Positions 46,924 through 57,986 of a DNA stretch of 64,000 nucleotides are shown here, piece after piece. The notes under the pieces were generated by a model. It saw nothing but the letters and a program-made list of their open reading frames with translations. It did not search any database and was not told where the DNA came from. Positions within the stretch are counted from its first letter, which is position 1; every line of letters starts with the position of its first letter. The DNA is from an uncultured delta proteobacterium (GTDB lineage Bacteria; Myxococcota; Myxococcia; Myxococcales; Anaeromyxobacteraceae), in NCBI GenBank assembly GCA_963845515.1, contig CAWJSR010000039.1:49768-113767 (forward strand). The letters are read 5' to 3'. The position numbers and the translations under genes were made by a program.

Positions 46924-47325
46924 TCACGGTTCATCGGGGTGGTGAGAGAGGCCGATCCGGTTTCCCTCGGGATCGCGGACATAGAGCGTCCAGCGGGATC
47001 GGTGGACGACTTCGACCCCCGCCGCGGAGAGCCGCTCCTCCCACATGCGCCGCTCCGAGGGCGGGATCCGGAGTGCAACGAGGTGGAACCCCGGCGCCCC
47101 GTGACGCCAGGGGCGCTCATCAGGGGCGCGGTCTGCCCGCTCGAGCGCGATGAAGGGCGCCAGCGGGTCGTCACCGGTGGCGAGCCAGACGCTCCGGTCC
47201 CCCGTCTCGCCGTCCTCGCGCGGCCAGCGCCGGAGCACGCGCAACCCGAGCACGTCGGCGTAGAAGCGCTCGCAGCGGGCGAGATCGACGCACTGGATCG
47301 CGAGGTGGTGGATCGGCCCGATCAC
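46924..47325 (-). CDS. VOC/glyoxalase family protein
   Basis: IHHLAI...DLARCERFY.DVLGL, HLVAL, LYVRDPEGNRI. Confidence 0.85.
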   Translation of the reverse strand: MIGPIHHLAIQCVDLARCERFYADVLGLRVLRRWPREDGETGDRSVWLATGDDPLAPFIALERADRAPDERPWRHGAPGFHLVALRIPPSERRMWEERLSAAGVEVVHRSRWTLYVRDPEGNRIGLSHHPDEP

Positions 47326-47368
47326 CCGCGAAAGGTACCCCTGCCCACGCCGCCGCGCCACCGCGCGC

Positions 47369-48707
47369 GTGATAGATTCCGCCGCGGTGCAGGGACTTCT
47401 GGCAGGCAGACGGATCCTCGTCGTCGACGAGAACGCCGACGTCGCAGGGCTCGTGGCTGCCTCCGCTTCGCGCTTCGGCGCCGAGACCTTCGCATGCGCC
47501 ACCGGCAAGGACGCGCTCGCGGCCGTCACGGCGGAGCGGTTCGACGCCGCCCTGGTCGACTTGCCGCTCGCCGACGTCCGCGGGAGCGAGGTGCTGAGGG
47601 CCCTCGGGGCGGCCGGCCTTCCAGTGGTCGCCGTCTCCGGCGTCTACCGCGGCCCGCGCGCCGCGGAGGAGGTCCGCCGCCTGGGCGCCAGCGAGTTCTT
47701 CGAGAAGCCCTTCGAGGTCGAGGAGGCCGTCCGCGCCATCGCGCAGGCTGCTCGGCGTACGGCTGCCGCGGCTCGGCCAGGTCCGCGACGAGGTCACCGG
47801 CTCCTTCCCGCTGCTGGGCTCCCCGGCGGTGGTCGACGCCGTGGAGGCACCACTCCAGCCAGCCCTCGACCGCGGAGGTCCCGGCGCCGCTCCACCCGCT
47901 CGCGCCGCAGCCCGCCCTGGCCGCTGCGCCGCCGGAGACGCTCCCTCATCGGCCGGCGCGCGCGCCTGAAGAGCCGCCGCCGCGCACGGGCGACCTGGCC
48001 AGGGTGACCGTCCCGCGCCTCCTCGTCGCGCTCCACCAGGCCCAGGCGACGGGCGCGCTCACCGTCGTGCGCGGCCCCGTCAAGAAGATCCTCTGCGTCG
48101 AGCGCGGGATCCCGGTCTACGCCGCCTCGAACGTCGGCAGCGAGCGGTTCGGCTCGATCTGCATCCGGCGCGGCGTCGTCACCGCGGAGCGGCTCGACGC
48201 CATGCGCCGCGAGTCACCGCAGGCCCGGACCGGCGACCTGCTGACGGCGAGCGGCCTCCTGAACGCCGCCAGGCGCGCCGAGATCATCGCCGGACAGATC
48301 AAGCTCATCCTCTGGTCGATGTTCGAGTGGCGGGAGGGGAGCTACGAGCTCCAGCTCGCCCGCCCCCCGAGCCCCGCGTGGCCATCTCGCTGCCCATGGG
48401 GGACCTCATCCTCGAGGGGATGCTGCGCGCCTCGACGCTGCCGGTGCTCCAGGCGGAGCTTCCCGCCGACATCAACCTCGCGCCCTCGCCCGACCCGGCG
48501 TTCGAGCTCTACGCCCTCGGCCTCCGGCCGAGCGAGGCTCGCGTCCTGTCGCTCGCCGACGGCACCAAGAGCGTGCGCGACCTCGCCTCCCTCTCCGACA
48601 TGCCGGAGCGCGACGCGCTGGCGTTCCTCCAGGCGTGCAGGGTGATGCGGGTGCTGGACGAGGTGGAGCGGGTGCTCGCGAGCACGCGCCGCATGGGCTT
48701 CATGTAG
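47369..48707 (+). CDS. Response regulator (REC) fused to DUF4388-type domain, split by 2-3 apparent frameshifts
   Basis: REC (ILVVDE, ALVDLPL, VSG, EKPF); then GDLARVTVPRLL...ATGAL, ERFG, WSMFEWREGSY; C-terminal part in a third frame after a C6 run at 48363-48368. Confidence 0.75.
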
Positions 48708-51052
48708 AGGAGGAAGAGCAGCGCCAGGATCGGCAGCGCCTCGGCGCCGCCGTCCGAACCGCAGCCGCAGCCCGGTAGACGCGGAGCGTCGGCCTCAGGC
48801 GAGGCCTCCGGCGTCAGTCGGTGACCACCTTCGGAGAAGAGCTCCACCGAGACGCCGCCTGGCGAGCCGACCGCGCGGACCGGAACCTCGATCTCGACGG
48901 TCGCCGGGGCCGCGGGGAGCGCCTCGATGAGCAGCGTGCCGGTCGTCCGCGCCGTCCCCGAGGTGACGAGCGCGTCGCGCAGCTCCAGCGGCCCCGCCAG
49001 CTCCAGCCCGGCCAGCCGCACCTCGGCCCTCACGCGCGGTAGCGGGACGCCGATCCGGCTCGCGAGGGTGATCCGCGCCATGCCCACCTCGCCCTGCGCG
49101 AGCGAGGCGCTGTCGAAGGCGACCGACGCGGCCACCAACGTCCGCGCGTCGATCTGCAGCGGGACGGTCGCGGTGCCCTCGACCGGGAGCGCCGAGGTCG
49201 CCGTCGGCCCGGTCGCGACGAGCCTCAGGGCTGGCGGCAGCGTCCCCGAGAGGACGCCGGGGAAGTCGGCCTCGGGAACGGTGAAGTCCGCCCACGCAGT
49301 CGGCGACCCGACCGGCTGCTGCCCGCGGATGGCGAACCCCGGCAGGTTCGATCCCCCCCACGCATAGGTCGGCTCCGAGCCCACCACCTGGCACGCTGGC
49401 CACGCAGCCCCCTCGCCCCGCCCCGACGCCTCCCCGGGGCTGAGCACGAGCCGGTCGGGCGCGCCGCTACCCGCGACCGCCACCGTCGGGACCGCCACCA
49501 GCGCCACGGCGCCCTGGAGCTGCTGGAGCATGCCGAGGTCGTCGCCCGGCCGGATGATCGAAGCGCGGGCGAACAGGTCGACGGGCGCGGCGTCGTCGCA
49601 GAGGGCGCTGCCCGGAACGGTGAAGGACGCTCCAGTCATTCCCGTCGCCGCCGGCGTCGTCGAGACGAGCCCCACGACCGCACCCGGCTCCGTGGCGGCG
49701 ACGGAGAGCGCGAGGTCGGACCCCAGCGGCGCCGTCGTCGGCGGCGCGGGGGACCAGGCGAAGAGGTACGTCGGCGGCGCGGCGTCGTCTGGGTAGACCC
49801 AGAGCTCCTGCCCGCCCCCCGGCGCCACGACCCACGCGAGGAGATCCGTGGCGCCCGTGCCGGCGAGGTCGGCCGTCCAGAGCTCCCTGACCACCCCGCC
49901 GAAGGCCGGGAGCCGCTGGACGGCGAAGCCGCTCGCGCCGTCGCCCGAGATCACCAGGATCTGGTCGAGCGCGAGGTCGTGCAGCGCTATCGCGGGTCCG
50001 CCGGCGAGGGCGATCTGGCGCAGGACCCGCGGATCCTCGATCGGCTGGAGATCAGCGCGCGTCATCAGGCTCTGCCAGACCGCCGTCCTGAGGCCGGCGG
50101 CCGTGCCGTCGTTGTGGAGCCAGAGCAGCTTCCCCGGGGTCTCCCGCATGGTGAAGACCAGGTCGGGAGCGGCGTCGCCGTCCACTCTCAGCCCCCCGAC
50201 GCCGAAGCAGCTGGTGGCGTCCTCGAGCGTCAGCCCGGGCTCCAGGAGCGCGGCGGGGAAGGGTCGCAACAGGTCGAAGTCCCCGACGTCGACGTAGTCC
50301 AGGACCATCTGGGGAACGGTGGTCGCGCCTGCCGGAGTCCGGTTCCAGAGGAGCCTGAACCCGCGCATCAGCGGGATCACCGCATCGCTCATGCCGAGCG
50401 CCACCGCGGCAGGGCTCGCGCGGATGCCATGGACGCGGTCGTGGTCGGGGTCGTCGTCGGAGGAGCTGAAGTAGTAGGTGGTCGTGTAGAAGCACGCGCT
50501 CCCTGCAGGCAGCCCCGTCCCCTTGGCCCCCTTCAGGTCGATGACGCACGCCTTGTTCTGGCTCGTCACCTGCCCGTGAGTGGTGACCATGAGCGGCTCG
50601 GGCCTGGGGAGCATCCTGATCGGCGCGATCCCGTGGGAGCTGTACTGGTACGCATCCGCGAGGATCTCCAGCGCCCCCGGCGCCGAGCCCCAGGCGACCG
50701 CGAAGCCGAAGTTGAAGCCGTTCGTGTTCACCTCCCAGGCGAGGTCGGGTGCCGTCCCGCCGTCGAAGCCGGCGAGCGCCGCGTCGAGGGTGGTGACGCC
50801 CGGGAGCGCGTAGGGCGCCGGCCGGCCGCGCGTCAGGAGGTCCCGGTCGGGATAGTACGCGGCGGTGGAGGCGACCCCCGGCGTGAACAGCAGGAGGTCG
50901 TCCGCCGTGGCGAGCCCGCCAATCGGCCCCGCCCCCAGCTGCGTCGCGTCGTAGGCGGGCAGCCGCACGGCCATCGGCAGGAACTGGGCGCGAGCGGGGG
51001 CCGCCGCGGCGACGACGGCCAGCACTCCCAGCATGACGAGGCGCCGCTCCAT
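48509..51052 (-). CDS. Large exported protein with FG-GAP/VCBS-like motifs and MYXO-CTERM-like anchor
   Basis: Signal peptide MERRLVMLGVLAVVAAAAPARA; DGGTAPDL, VDGDAAPDLV, DLAGTGATDLL; GCGCGSDGGAEALPILALLFLL near the C-terminus. Confidence 0.72.
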   Translation of the reverse strand: MERRLVMLGVLAVVAAAAPARAQFLPMAVRLPAYDATQLGAGPIGGLATADDLLLFTPGVASTAAYYPDRDLLTRGRPAPYALPGVTTLDAALAGFDGGTAPDLAWEVNTNGFNFGFAVAWGSAPGALEILADAYQYSSHGIAPIRMLPRPEPLMVTTHGQVTSQNKACVIDLKGAKGTGLPAGSACFYTTTYYFSSSDDDPDHDRVHGIRASPAAVALGMSDAVIPLMRGFRLLWNRTPAGATTVPQMVLDYVDVGDFDLLRPFPAALLEPGLTLEDATSCFGVGGLRVDGDAAPDLVFTMRETPGKLLWLHNDGTAAGLRTAVWQSLMTRADLQPIEDPRVLRQIALAGGPAIALHDLALDQILVISGDGASGFAVQRLPAFGGVVRELWTADLAGTGATDLLAWVVAPGGGQELWVYPDDAAPPTYLFAWSPAPPTTAPLGSDLALSVAATEPGAVVGLVSTTPAATGMTGASFTVPGSALCDDAAPVDLFARASIIRPGDDLGMLQQLQGAVALVAVPTVAVAGSGAPDRLVLSPGEASGRGEGAAWPACQVVGSEPTYAWGGSNLPGFAIRGQQPVGSPTAWADFTVPEADFPGVLSGTLPPALRLVATGPTATSALPVEGTATVPLQIDARTLVAASVAFDSASLAQGEVGMARITLASRIGVPLPRVRAEVRLAGLELAGPLELRDALVTSGTARTTGTLLIEALPAAPATVEIEVPVRAVGSPGGVSVELFSEGGHRLTPEASPEADAPRLPGCGCGSDGGAEALPILALLFLLYMKPMRRVLASTRSTSSSTRITLHAWRNASASRSGMSEREARSRTLLVPSASDRTRASLGRRPRA

Positions 51053-51054
51053 GT

Positions 51055-54000
51055 TCAGCGCACCAGGACGGCGCGCAGGTAGAAGCGCCCGTCCACCTCC
51101 TCCGGCTCGATCCCGGTGCCCTGGAATCCGGCGAGAGTGTACCCCAGCGCGAGCCGGACTCCATTCGACGTCACGCCCGCCTCTGCGCGCACCGCGTCGA
51201 GGTCGCCGAGCTCCCGCCCCGCGAGCGACCCACGGCGGGCGTATTCGATCGCCACGTCGAGCGGGCCGGTCACGGCCCACGTGCCGCGCACGCTCCCGGC
51301 GAGCCGGTCGTCGCTGGAGCCGGCGATCCGCTGGTGGGCCGCGTCGACGCCGACGGCGACCGTCGCCTTGCGCGGGAGCTTCGCCGTCACCGCGACCGCC
51401 GCGACCGTCGCATCCCGGTACGCAGTCCCCTCCCGGTCGTCCAACAGGCGCCCGAGCCGCCCCAGGATCGAGAGGGCGTCGCTCCGCCACGCCGCCGAGA
51501 GCCAGCCATCCGCGCCGCGGGCCCGGAGGCCGGAGAGCTTCCCGTCGGCGGCGAGCGCGCGGAGCGCGAGCGTCAGGCGCCTGGAGGCGGCCCACTCGAT
51601 CCCGCCGCCGGCGAGCCACTGCTCACCCTTGCCCTCCGTACGAAGCTCAGCGCGCCCGTCCAGCCGCAGCGCGGCGCGCGTCCACGCGGCCGAGAGCCCA
51701 CCAGCGCCCCGGGCGACCGTCCTGCCGTCGTGCCGCAGCCGCTCCCCGCGCTCTGCCGAGAGCGCCAGAGTCAGCCCGGCCAGCGGGCTCAGCGAACCGC
51801 CCACGACGCGCCCCGCGACCACGCCGAGCGGATCGCGCGCCACCCGCTCCTCGGTGAAGAGCGAGCCCCCCTCGAGCCGCTGCCGGCCGCCGACGGCGCT
51901 GCCTGCCGCGTCCGCTCCCCCGAGCGGCGCCGGCTCGACCGCCAGCGTCCCGTAGAGCGCCCCGCTCGCGTCGCCTCGCTCTCCCGAGACGATGAGGCGC
52001 GGGCCAAGCTCCGGCCCCCAGCCGGCGCGGACCGCCAGCGTCCCGGCCTGCGTCTGGAGCGCCGCCCCGGCCGCCGTGAAGGTGCTCGCGACCACGTCCC
52101 CGGACTCGCCGAACGCCTGGAGGTGAGAGCCCTCGAGCGTCAGGCCGCGCGCAACCCGCCAGGCCGCGCGCACTCCGGCCGCCGACTGCGACCCGCTCGT
52201 GGGGAGGCTCAGCCGCTCGTGCAGCCCTTCGAGCGTCAGCGTGAGCGGCCCGACGCCGGCGGAGGCCGACGCGAACGCCCGCCCCGCGTCGCGCAGCGCA
52301 GCGCCGGTGGGGTCCCACTCGTACGCGCCGCGCCGCTCGACCCACGCGACCTTGAGCGCGATCGGGCCGGCGTCGCCCTCCGCGAGCACGCCCCGCTCGC
52401 GCGCCGCGGACGGCTCCGTGAACGTACCGTCGGAGTAGCCGCCCGGACGCTCGCGCCACCAGCCTCGCCAGCGCGCAGCCCCAGCCTCGCCCTCCACCCC
52501 TGCATGGAACGCGAGCGCCGGCTCGCCGGCGCCGGGAGCCGCCGCACCGAAGGCGAAGCCGCCGTCGAGGGAGGTGGCCCGCCCGTCACCTCCGAAGAGC
52601 TGCCCATCGCTGCGGGCGACTTCGAGCCTGGCCTTCAGGGCAATGCCGAGGTCGACGGCCGCGCTCCCGCGCAGCAGCTCCCAGTCCGGTCCGTATCGCG
52701 ACTCCACGGCGCCGCCGAGCGCCAGCGTCACTGGCCCCGCCGACGCGCGCAGCTCACCGCCCGCCACGCCACGCTCGCCATCCCCGGTCGCCGGCTCGAT
52801 CCGCAGGTAGTCGATCACCAGCCAGGCCTCGGCGGCGGCGAAGGGATCGCCGCCGGTCAGCGCGGCGACCGCCCTCGAGGACGCGAGCGGACGGTCGAGG
52901 AGCAGCCTCCCACCCAGGAAGTCGAGCTCGTAGTCCCTCCCCCGCGTCAGGCGGCGCGACGCCACGACGAGGCGCGAGAGCGGGTCGCGCCACTCGACGC
53001 GCACATCCTCGCTCCCCGCGACCACCTGCCGGTGGCTCAGGTAGAAGAGTGATCCGCCGGACGCCAGCAGCACGTCCTGGGACGGCGTCCCGGGGGCGAG
53101 CCCGCTCGAGTCCTCGCCGGCGCGGCCGCCGAAGAGGAGCGCGTCGAGCCTGGCCGGACCGACCTGTCGCGCCGCCTCGAGCTGCCCTCCGAAGAAGGAG
53201 AGGTCGTGCCGCCCCAGCTCCCCCGTGGCGAGGCCGGAGCGGCCGCTGCCGAGCCGCAGCGCGAGGCCGTGCCCCTCGACCCGGGCCCAGAGTCGCCCGC
53301 GCCCCGGGTTCGAGTCCCGGAGGGCCGCACGGTCTCCGGGGTTCGCGAAGGTGCGGAGCGGATCGAGGACGAGCTCCACCGCGAGCGAGTCGCGAGGCGA
53401 GGCGAGCGCCAGCCCGTCACGGTCGCGATCGTCCAGGTCGAGCCCGGCGTCGATCCGCAGCCCGCGCCACAGGCCGCTGGCGGAGCCCGCCGCGCGCCCG
53501 CTCGCGAGGAACCCGGCGTCGCCCCCAAGCTGCAGCTCCAGCTCGCCGAGGAGCAGCCACTCGAGCCTACCGCCCGGCGACGCGAGCGCGACCGAGCCCG
53601 CCGTCGTGGTGCCGCCGCTCGACGCGGAGACCGCGATGGCGCCGCCTGGCGCGCCCCCCCACGCACCGAAGCTGCCGTCTGCGGAGGCGCTCACGGCGCC
53701 GTCGCCGATCCGCAGGGTCACCCCGGGCGACGCCTTCCCGACGATCACGGCCCCGTCGCCGGCGGGCCTGGCCGCCATGACGGCGAGCAGCCGCGGCCGC
53801 GCCGGATAGAGGCGCAGCGCCCCCGAGGCCGGACGTGCCACGCGCAGCTCCAGCCCCCAGAGCGCGAGCCCGCCGTCCGCCGTGGAGATGGTCACGCCGA
53901 TGGCGTTGAGCCCCTCGACGAGCGGCAGGGTCAGGGCCCACCTGCCGTCGGGCGCAGGCTCGGTCTCGAGCCCCGCCGCGCGCACTCGCGCGCCGGGGGG

Positions 54001-54489
54001 AGCGGTGCCGCCGATCGGCCAGAGCAGCCGGTCCCCAGCGGCACGCGGCACGGCACGCCCGCGCGGCTCCACCGTCCCGACGTTGCCTCCCTCCGGCGAG
54101 CGCGCGACGGGGAGGTCGACCTGGACCGCGCCGCGGCTCGTGAGCTCGTAGCCCCGGGTGACGCCGAGCCCTTCGACCAGGACGGCGTGCGCGCCGTACG
54201 CGGAGCGGTCGGAGAGGATGGTGCGGGCCGTGACATCGACCGAGTGGAAGCGCCCCTCTGCGTCGACGACGGCGATCCTGCCGTCGTCGAAGCGGAGCCG
54301 CGCTCCCGAGATCCCGGGCTCCTCGTCGCCGCAGGCGCCGTCCCCGTCGAGGTCGACGCAGACTCGCCCCACCACCGTCCCGCCGGGCCCCGGCTCGGCC
54401 GCGACGCGCGCGGCCTGAGCGGCCCCGGCGGACGGCACCCCGAGGAGCGCCAGCGCTCCCACGAGCGCGAGGGCACCACGGGCCCTCAC
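51055..54489 (-). CDS. Very large putative outer-membrane beta-barrel protein with N-terminal SdrD-B/Ig-like segments (1144 aa)
   Basis: GTG overlapping the upstream stop; signal peptide; GRVCVDLDGDG...EPGISGARL...DAEGRFH; long amphipathic beta-strand region ending GRFYLRAVLVR. Confidence 0.68.
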   Translation of the reverse strand: MRARGALALVGALALLGVPSAGAAQAARVAAEPGPGGTVVGRVCVDLDGDGACGDEEPGISGARLRFDDGRIAVVDAEGRFHSVDVTARTILSDRSAYGAHAVLVEGLGVTRGYELTSRGAVQVDLPVARSPEGGNVGTVEPRGRAVPRAAGDRLLWPIGGTAPPGARVRAAGLETEPAPDGRWALTLPLVEGLNAIGVTISTADGGLALWGLELRVARPASGALRLYPARPRLLAVMAARPAGDGAVIVGKASPGVTLRIGDGAVSASADGSFGAWGGAPGGAIAVSASSGGTTTAGSVALASPGGRLEWLLLGELELQLGGDAGFLASGRAAGSASGLWRGLRIDAGLDLDDRDRDGLALASPRDSLAVELVLDPLRTFANPGDRAALRDSNPGRGRLWARVEGHGLALRLGSGRSGLATGELGRHDLSFFGGQLEAARQVGPARLDALLFGGRAGEDSSGLAPGTPSQDVLLASGGSLFYLSHRQVVAGSEDVRVEWRDPLSRLVVASRRLTRGRDYELDFLGGRLLLDRPLASSRAVAALTGGDPFAAAEAWLVIDYLRIEPATGDGERGVAGGELRASAGPVTLALGGAVESRYGPDWELLRGSAAVDLGIALKARLEVARSDGQLFGGDGRATSLDGGFAFGAAAPGAGEPALAFHAGVEGEAGAARWRGWWRERPGGYSDGTFTEPSAARERGVLAEGDAGPIALKVAWVERRGAYEWDPTGAALRDAGRAFASASAGVGPLTLTLEGLHERLSLPTSGSQSAAGVRAAWRVARGLTLEGSHLQAFGESGDVVASTFTAAGAALQTQAGTLAVRAGWGPELGPRLIVSGERGDASGALYGTLAVEPAPLGGADAAGSAVGGRQRLEGGSLFTEERVARDPLGVVAGRVVGGSLSPLAGLTLALSAERGERLRHDGRTVARGAGGLSAAWTRAALRLDGRAELRTEGKGEQWLAGGGIEWAASRRLTLALRALAADGKLSGLRARGADGWLSAAWRSDALSILGRLGRLLDDREGTAYRDATVAAVAVTAKLPRKATVAVGVDAAHQRIAGSSDDRLAGSVRGTWAVTGPLDVAIEYARRGSLAGRELGDLDAVRAEAGVTSNGVRLALGYTLAGFQGTGIEPEEVDGRFYLRAVLVR

Positions 54490-56262
54490 CTCACCTCCAG
54501 GATCGCGGCTGCGCCCGACTCCACGTCGGTGACGGCGACGGTCCCCTTCCCGCCCCGCACCGCGCAGCGCCCGCCGTCGCCGTCCACCTCGAGCGGTCCG
54601 AGCTGGACCGCGTCGCTCTCCGCGGTCACCGCGCGGCCGGCGAGCGACGCGCCGTCCGGCGAGCGGACCTGCCAGCGGAGCCAGCCCCCATCCAGGCGCG
54701 CGGCGACGTCGACGCTGCCCGGCGGCCGGAGGGCCAGCCGCACGTCGCGGGTGACGGAGAGCGCCGGGCCCTGAAGGCGCGCGGCCTCCCACCCGATCGC
54801 GCGCAGCCCGGCCGGTCCCTCCACCGTCTCGACCGGCCCCTTCGCAGCGCTCCGCGCCTCTCCGCGCGCGTCGGTCACGGCGCCACGACCACCGCCGAAC
54901 CGGACCGCCACGCCGGCCACGGGTCGCGCCGCCACGTCGCGCGCGACGGCCACCCAGTCGTCTCCGACGCGGTGAAGGGAGAGGCTAGCAGGCGCGCCGC
55001 CTGGGGGGAGCTCGTAGGTCAGGGTCAGCCGCTGGAGCCCGTCACCCAGCTCGCGTCGCGTCTTCAGGAGGCCGCCCACGAGCGAGCGGTCGGCCGCGCC
55101 AGCGTCGCCGACCGGGTCGCCGTTCACGTCGAGCGCCCGCGCGGTGACGCGGATCGACGCTCCCGGGACGGCCGGCTCTCCCTCGGGCGCCCACTCGATG
55201 GACGCAGGCGCGCCCGTGGCGAGCCCGACGGGAAGCTCCGCCTTCACCGCCGGCACCTGCGCCCAGGAGAGCGAGATCCCATCCGTGCCCGCGCCCCCGG
55301 CCGGCGGACGGTACCGGGCGTGCCACGCCTCGCCGTCGATCCGCACCCCCGAGATCACGCCCCGCCCTGCGGTGGCGCCGAGCGGGCGCGGTTCGACGCT
55401 GCCGCCCGCAGCCGTCCACGCGACGCAGAGGAGCCCCGCCTCCGTCCGTCCGTCGGCGGGCACGCGCTCGGGCCAGAGCGCGCACTGGAAGCCAGGGGTC
55501 TCGGAGAGGTGCAGGTCGAGCTTCGTGCGCCGCTCGTTGCCCAGCGAGTTATGGGAGGTCGCGAGCCCCCAGCGCGCGCCAGGCGGGACGACCGCCGGAA
55601 CGCGGAACCGCCCTTCGTCGTCCGCGCGCACCGGTCCCCAGACACGCCCCGCGATCTCGACGCGCGTCTCCACCCCTGGGTCCGCCCTGCCGGGGAGATC
55701 GATCGCGGCGGCGACGGGGAAGCGCGCGACGCCGGAGGCGAGCGGCGTGGCGCAGAGCGGACAGCGCGGCGCGAGCGCGACGATCCCCAGCACCTCGGGC
55801 TGTGGCGAGTCTGAGGGCTCCCAGGTCGCCTCGTAGCGCCCCGGTGCGCCGGCGGGCGAGAGCGGCCCCAGCCTGCCTGTCGACGCGACGACGACAGGGG
55901 TCACCACGAGGGCGAGCGGCTCCCCGGCGGCGCTCCGCGCCTCGAACCGGAGCCGTACGGCGCGGTCCTTCCCCTTCACTGGAGCCGCGGGGTCGGCGGT
56001 GACGAGGATCCGTCCCTCGGGCTGCGCGACCGGCGCCCTGGTCGAGTCCTGCCCCGCACGCAGGAGGACCGACTCTGCGGCCGGCATCCGGGACGACCCG
56101 CCAGACCGGGCCCGACTCACGCTCGACCTTCGCCCCTTCGGCCTCCAGCGGCGCGTCGACGAAGACCGCGACCCGCTCGCCATCGGGGGAGAGGGGCCAC
56201 GGGGGGATGGCAATCGGCGCCCCTCCCACGAGCAGGGCGAGCGCGAGCGCAGCGGTCAGCAC
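54486..56262 (-). CDS. Exported Ig-like/invasin-like domain protein with apparent +1 frameshift near 56079
   Basis: Signal peptide MLTAALALALLVGG; beta-rich segments GRYEATW.P, ADDEGRF.VP, V.ADGRTEA; span is 3n+1. Confidence 0.62.
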
Positions 56263-56295
56263 GCGCGACCCGTCCTGCCTGCGACGAGCTGACGA

Positions 56296-57885
56296 TCAGC
56301 GCCGCGCGCGGCGGCGGCGCGGCGCGAGGAGTGCCGCGGCCGGGAACAGGAGGGCCGCGAGTGCAGCGGGATCGCCCGGGGTCGAGCAGCTGAGGGTGCT
56401 GTCCTTCGCCAGCCCGGGCGGCGCAGTGGGACAATCGCCGGTCGCCGCGCAGGTCGCTCCGTCGGAGGCCCCATTCCCGTTCCCTCCCCCTCCGTCGGCG
56501 AAGATCCTCACGCGGAGCGTCGCGCCGGGCCCGCCAGCCACCGAGGCCCCTGCGCGTCCCTCCCCTGCCTTCACCGTCATCCGCACTTCCCGCTTCACCG
56601 CCCCCAGGCCGAAGTCGCCGGGGCCGGAGACGACCTCGGACCCGATGCCGATCCAGCCGGACGTGACGTCGGTGGCCTCGATGCAGACGAGCACCGGGAG
56701 GTCGACGTTGGCCGTGAAGCGGGTCCCTCCGCCCGTCGGACTGCGCGTCGTGCGGGTGACGTCGAACCAGGCGATGGGAGCCGCGTCCGTGTCGCAGGTG
56801 GCAGGCCCGCCGCCCGTCCCGGTCCCGAGCACGTCCGCGACGGGGGCCTGGAAGAAGTAGATGTCGAAGTCGCCGGACGAGTCGTCCGACCAGACGACCT
56901 GGACCGTGTCGGAGACGACCAGGTCGTGGAGCTTCTGCCAGGTGCCGGTCGGCGACGGCAGGAAGAGCCACGGCAACCCGTCGACGTCCGTGTGGTGCCA
57001 GAGCGTCACCTGCGGCTTGAGCGTCTCGTCGAACGCCTCGAAGCCGACCCACTCGCCGTAGATGCGCGGGTTGATCTTGTGCCCTTCGGTCTCGAGCGAC
57101 GCGAGCGCGGGTCCCCCGTCGGCGCTCACGACGTAGACGTGCTCGTCCGCGCCGCTGCCGCCGACCGGGATCGAGAGCACCGCCAGCACCGGCGCAGTGC
57201 CGTCGACGCCGGGGGAGATGGCGACGTCCTGGGCCGTCCCGGGGACGTACAGCGTCGTCACGCCCGGCGTCTCGGGCCCCAGCTCCGTCAGCCCCGGGGA
57301 GACGATGGCAGGGTCCACCAGCCGCACGACCCCGCCGTCGACGAAGGCCACCAGGCCGCCCGCGACGGCCACCGCGTGCTGGTCGCCGCCGAGGCGCAGC
57401 ACCGTCGGATCGCCGACGGGAAGGCCGCGCAAATCGATGCGGCGCCAGCCGACGTCGGTCCCTGAGCTGGCGCCGGTCTCGACCCACGCCACGAGGGACG
57501 AGCTGAACGCGGTCTCACCGGGGCGGCCGGAGGCGTCGTCGCTCACCGGAACGGTGAAGAGGACGTTGCCGAGGAGGCTGCGGACCACGACGAGGTTGGG
57601 GCTGCGGTACGCGAACAGCTGGCCCACCAGGACTGGGGCGCCCTGGTCGACGTCGTCGTCGGTGAGCTGGTACGGCACGCTCCCAGGCGTCAGCGACTGC
57701 CTGAAGATCTCGGTGTCGGTCTGCCCGGTGCCGCTCTCCGTCGTGCCGAGGTAGACGATGTAGCTTCCGGAGAGAGATGGATCGGTCTGATCGCCCTGCC
57801 CCGACACGAGCGGCGTCGCAGCCGGCAGCTCCGCCGCGGACGCCGAGGTGGCGAGGAGGATGGCTGCGATGAGCGTTCGACCCAA
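56296..57885 (-). CDS. Exported beta-propeller (TolB-like repeat) protein with MYXO-CTERM-like anchor; start uncertain (TTG)
   Basis: Signal LIAAILLATSASA; repeats DQTDPSLSG.YIVY, DQGAP, VVWSDDSSGDFDIY; C-terminus LSCST-TM helix-RRRRARR. Confidence 0.72.
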   Translation of the reverse strand: MGRTLIAAILLATSASAAELPAATPLVSGQGDQTDPSLSGSYIVYLGTTESGTGQTDTEIFRQSLTPGSVPYQLTDDDVDQGAPVLVGQLFAYRSPNLVVVRSLLGNVLFTVPVSDDASGRPGETAFSSSLVAWVETGASSGTDVGWRRIDLRGLPVGDPTVLRLGGDQHAVAVAGGLVAFVDGGVVRLVDPAIVSPGLTELGPETPGVTTLYVPGTAQDVAISPGVDGTAPVLAVLSIPVGGSGADEHVYVVSADGGPALASLETEGHKINPRIYGEWVGFEAFDETLKPQVTLWHHTDVDGLPWLFLPSPTGTWQKLHDLVVSDTVQVVWSDDSSGDFDIYFFQAPVADVLGTGTGGGPATCDTDAAPIAWFDVTRTTRSPTGGGTRFTANVDLPVLVCIEATDVTSGWIGIGSEVVSGPGDFGLGAVKREVRMTVKAGEGRAGASVAGGPGATLRVRIFADGGGGNGNGASDGATCAATGDCPTAPPGLAKDSTLSCSTPGDPAALAALLFPAAALLAPRRRRARR

Positions 57886-57986
57886 GGTGCACCCGTGGCT
57901 TCCGTATCGCGAGCCCAGCTCGCGATTGCGCAGAGTGCCTTGATAGTCATATTTCGGAGTTGATGGGTCAATAGCGCAGAACGTCT

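Noticed and set aside
57886..57945. ACGGAAGCCACGGGT resembling part of a c-di-GMP-I/GEMM riboswitch
   Set aside because: No GNRA-capped first stem and no complementary 3' strand for the second stem; Infernal with RF01051 would settle it
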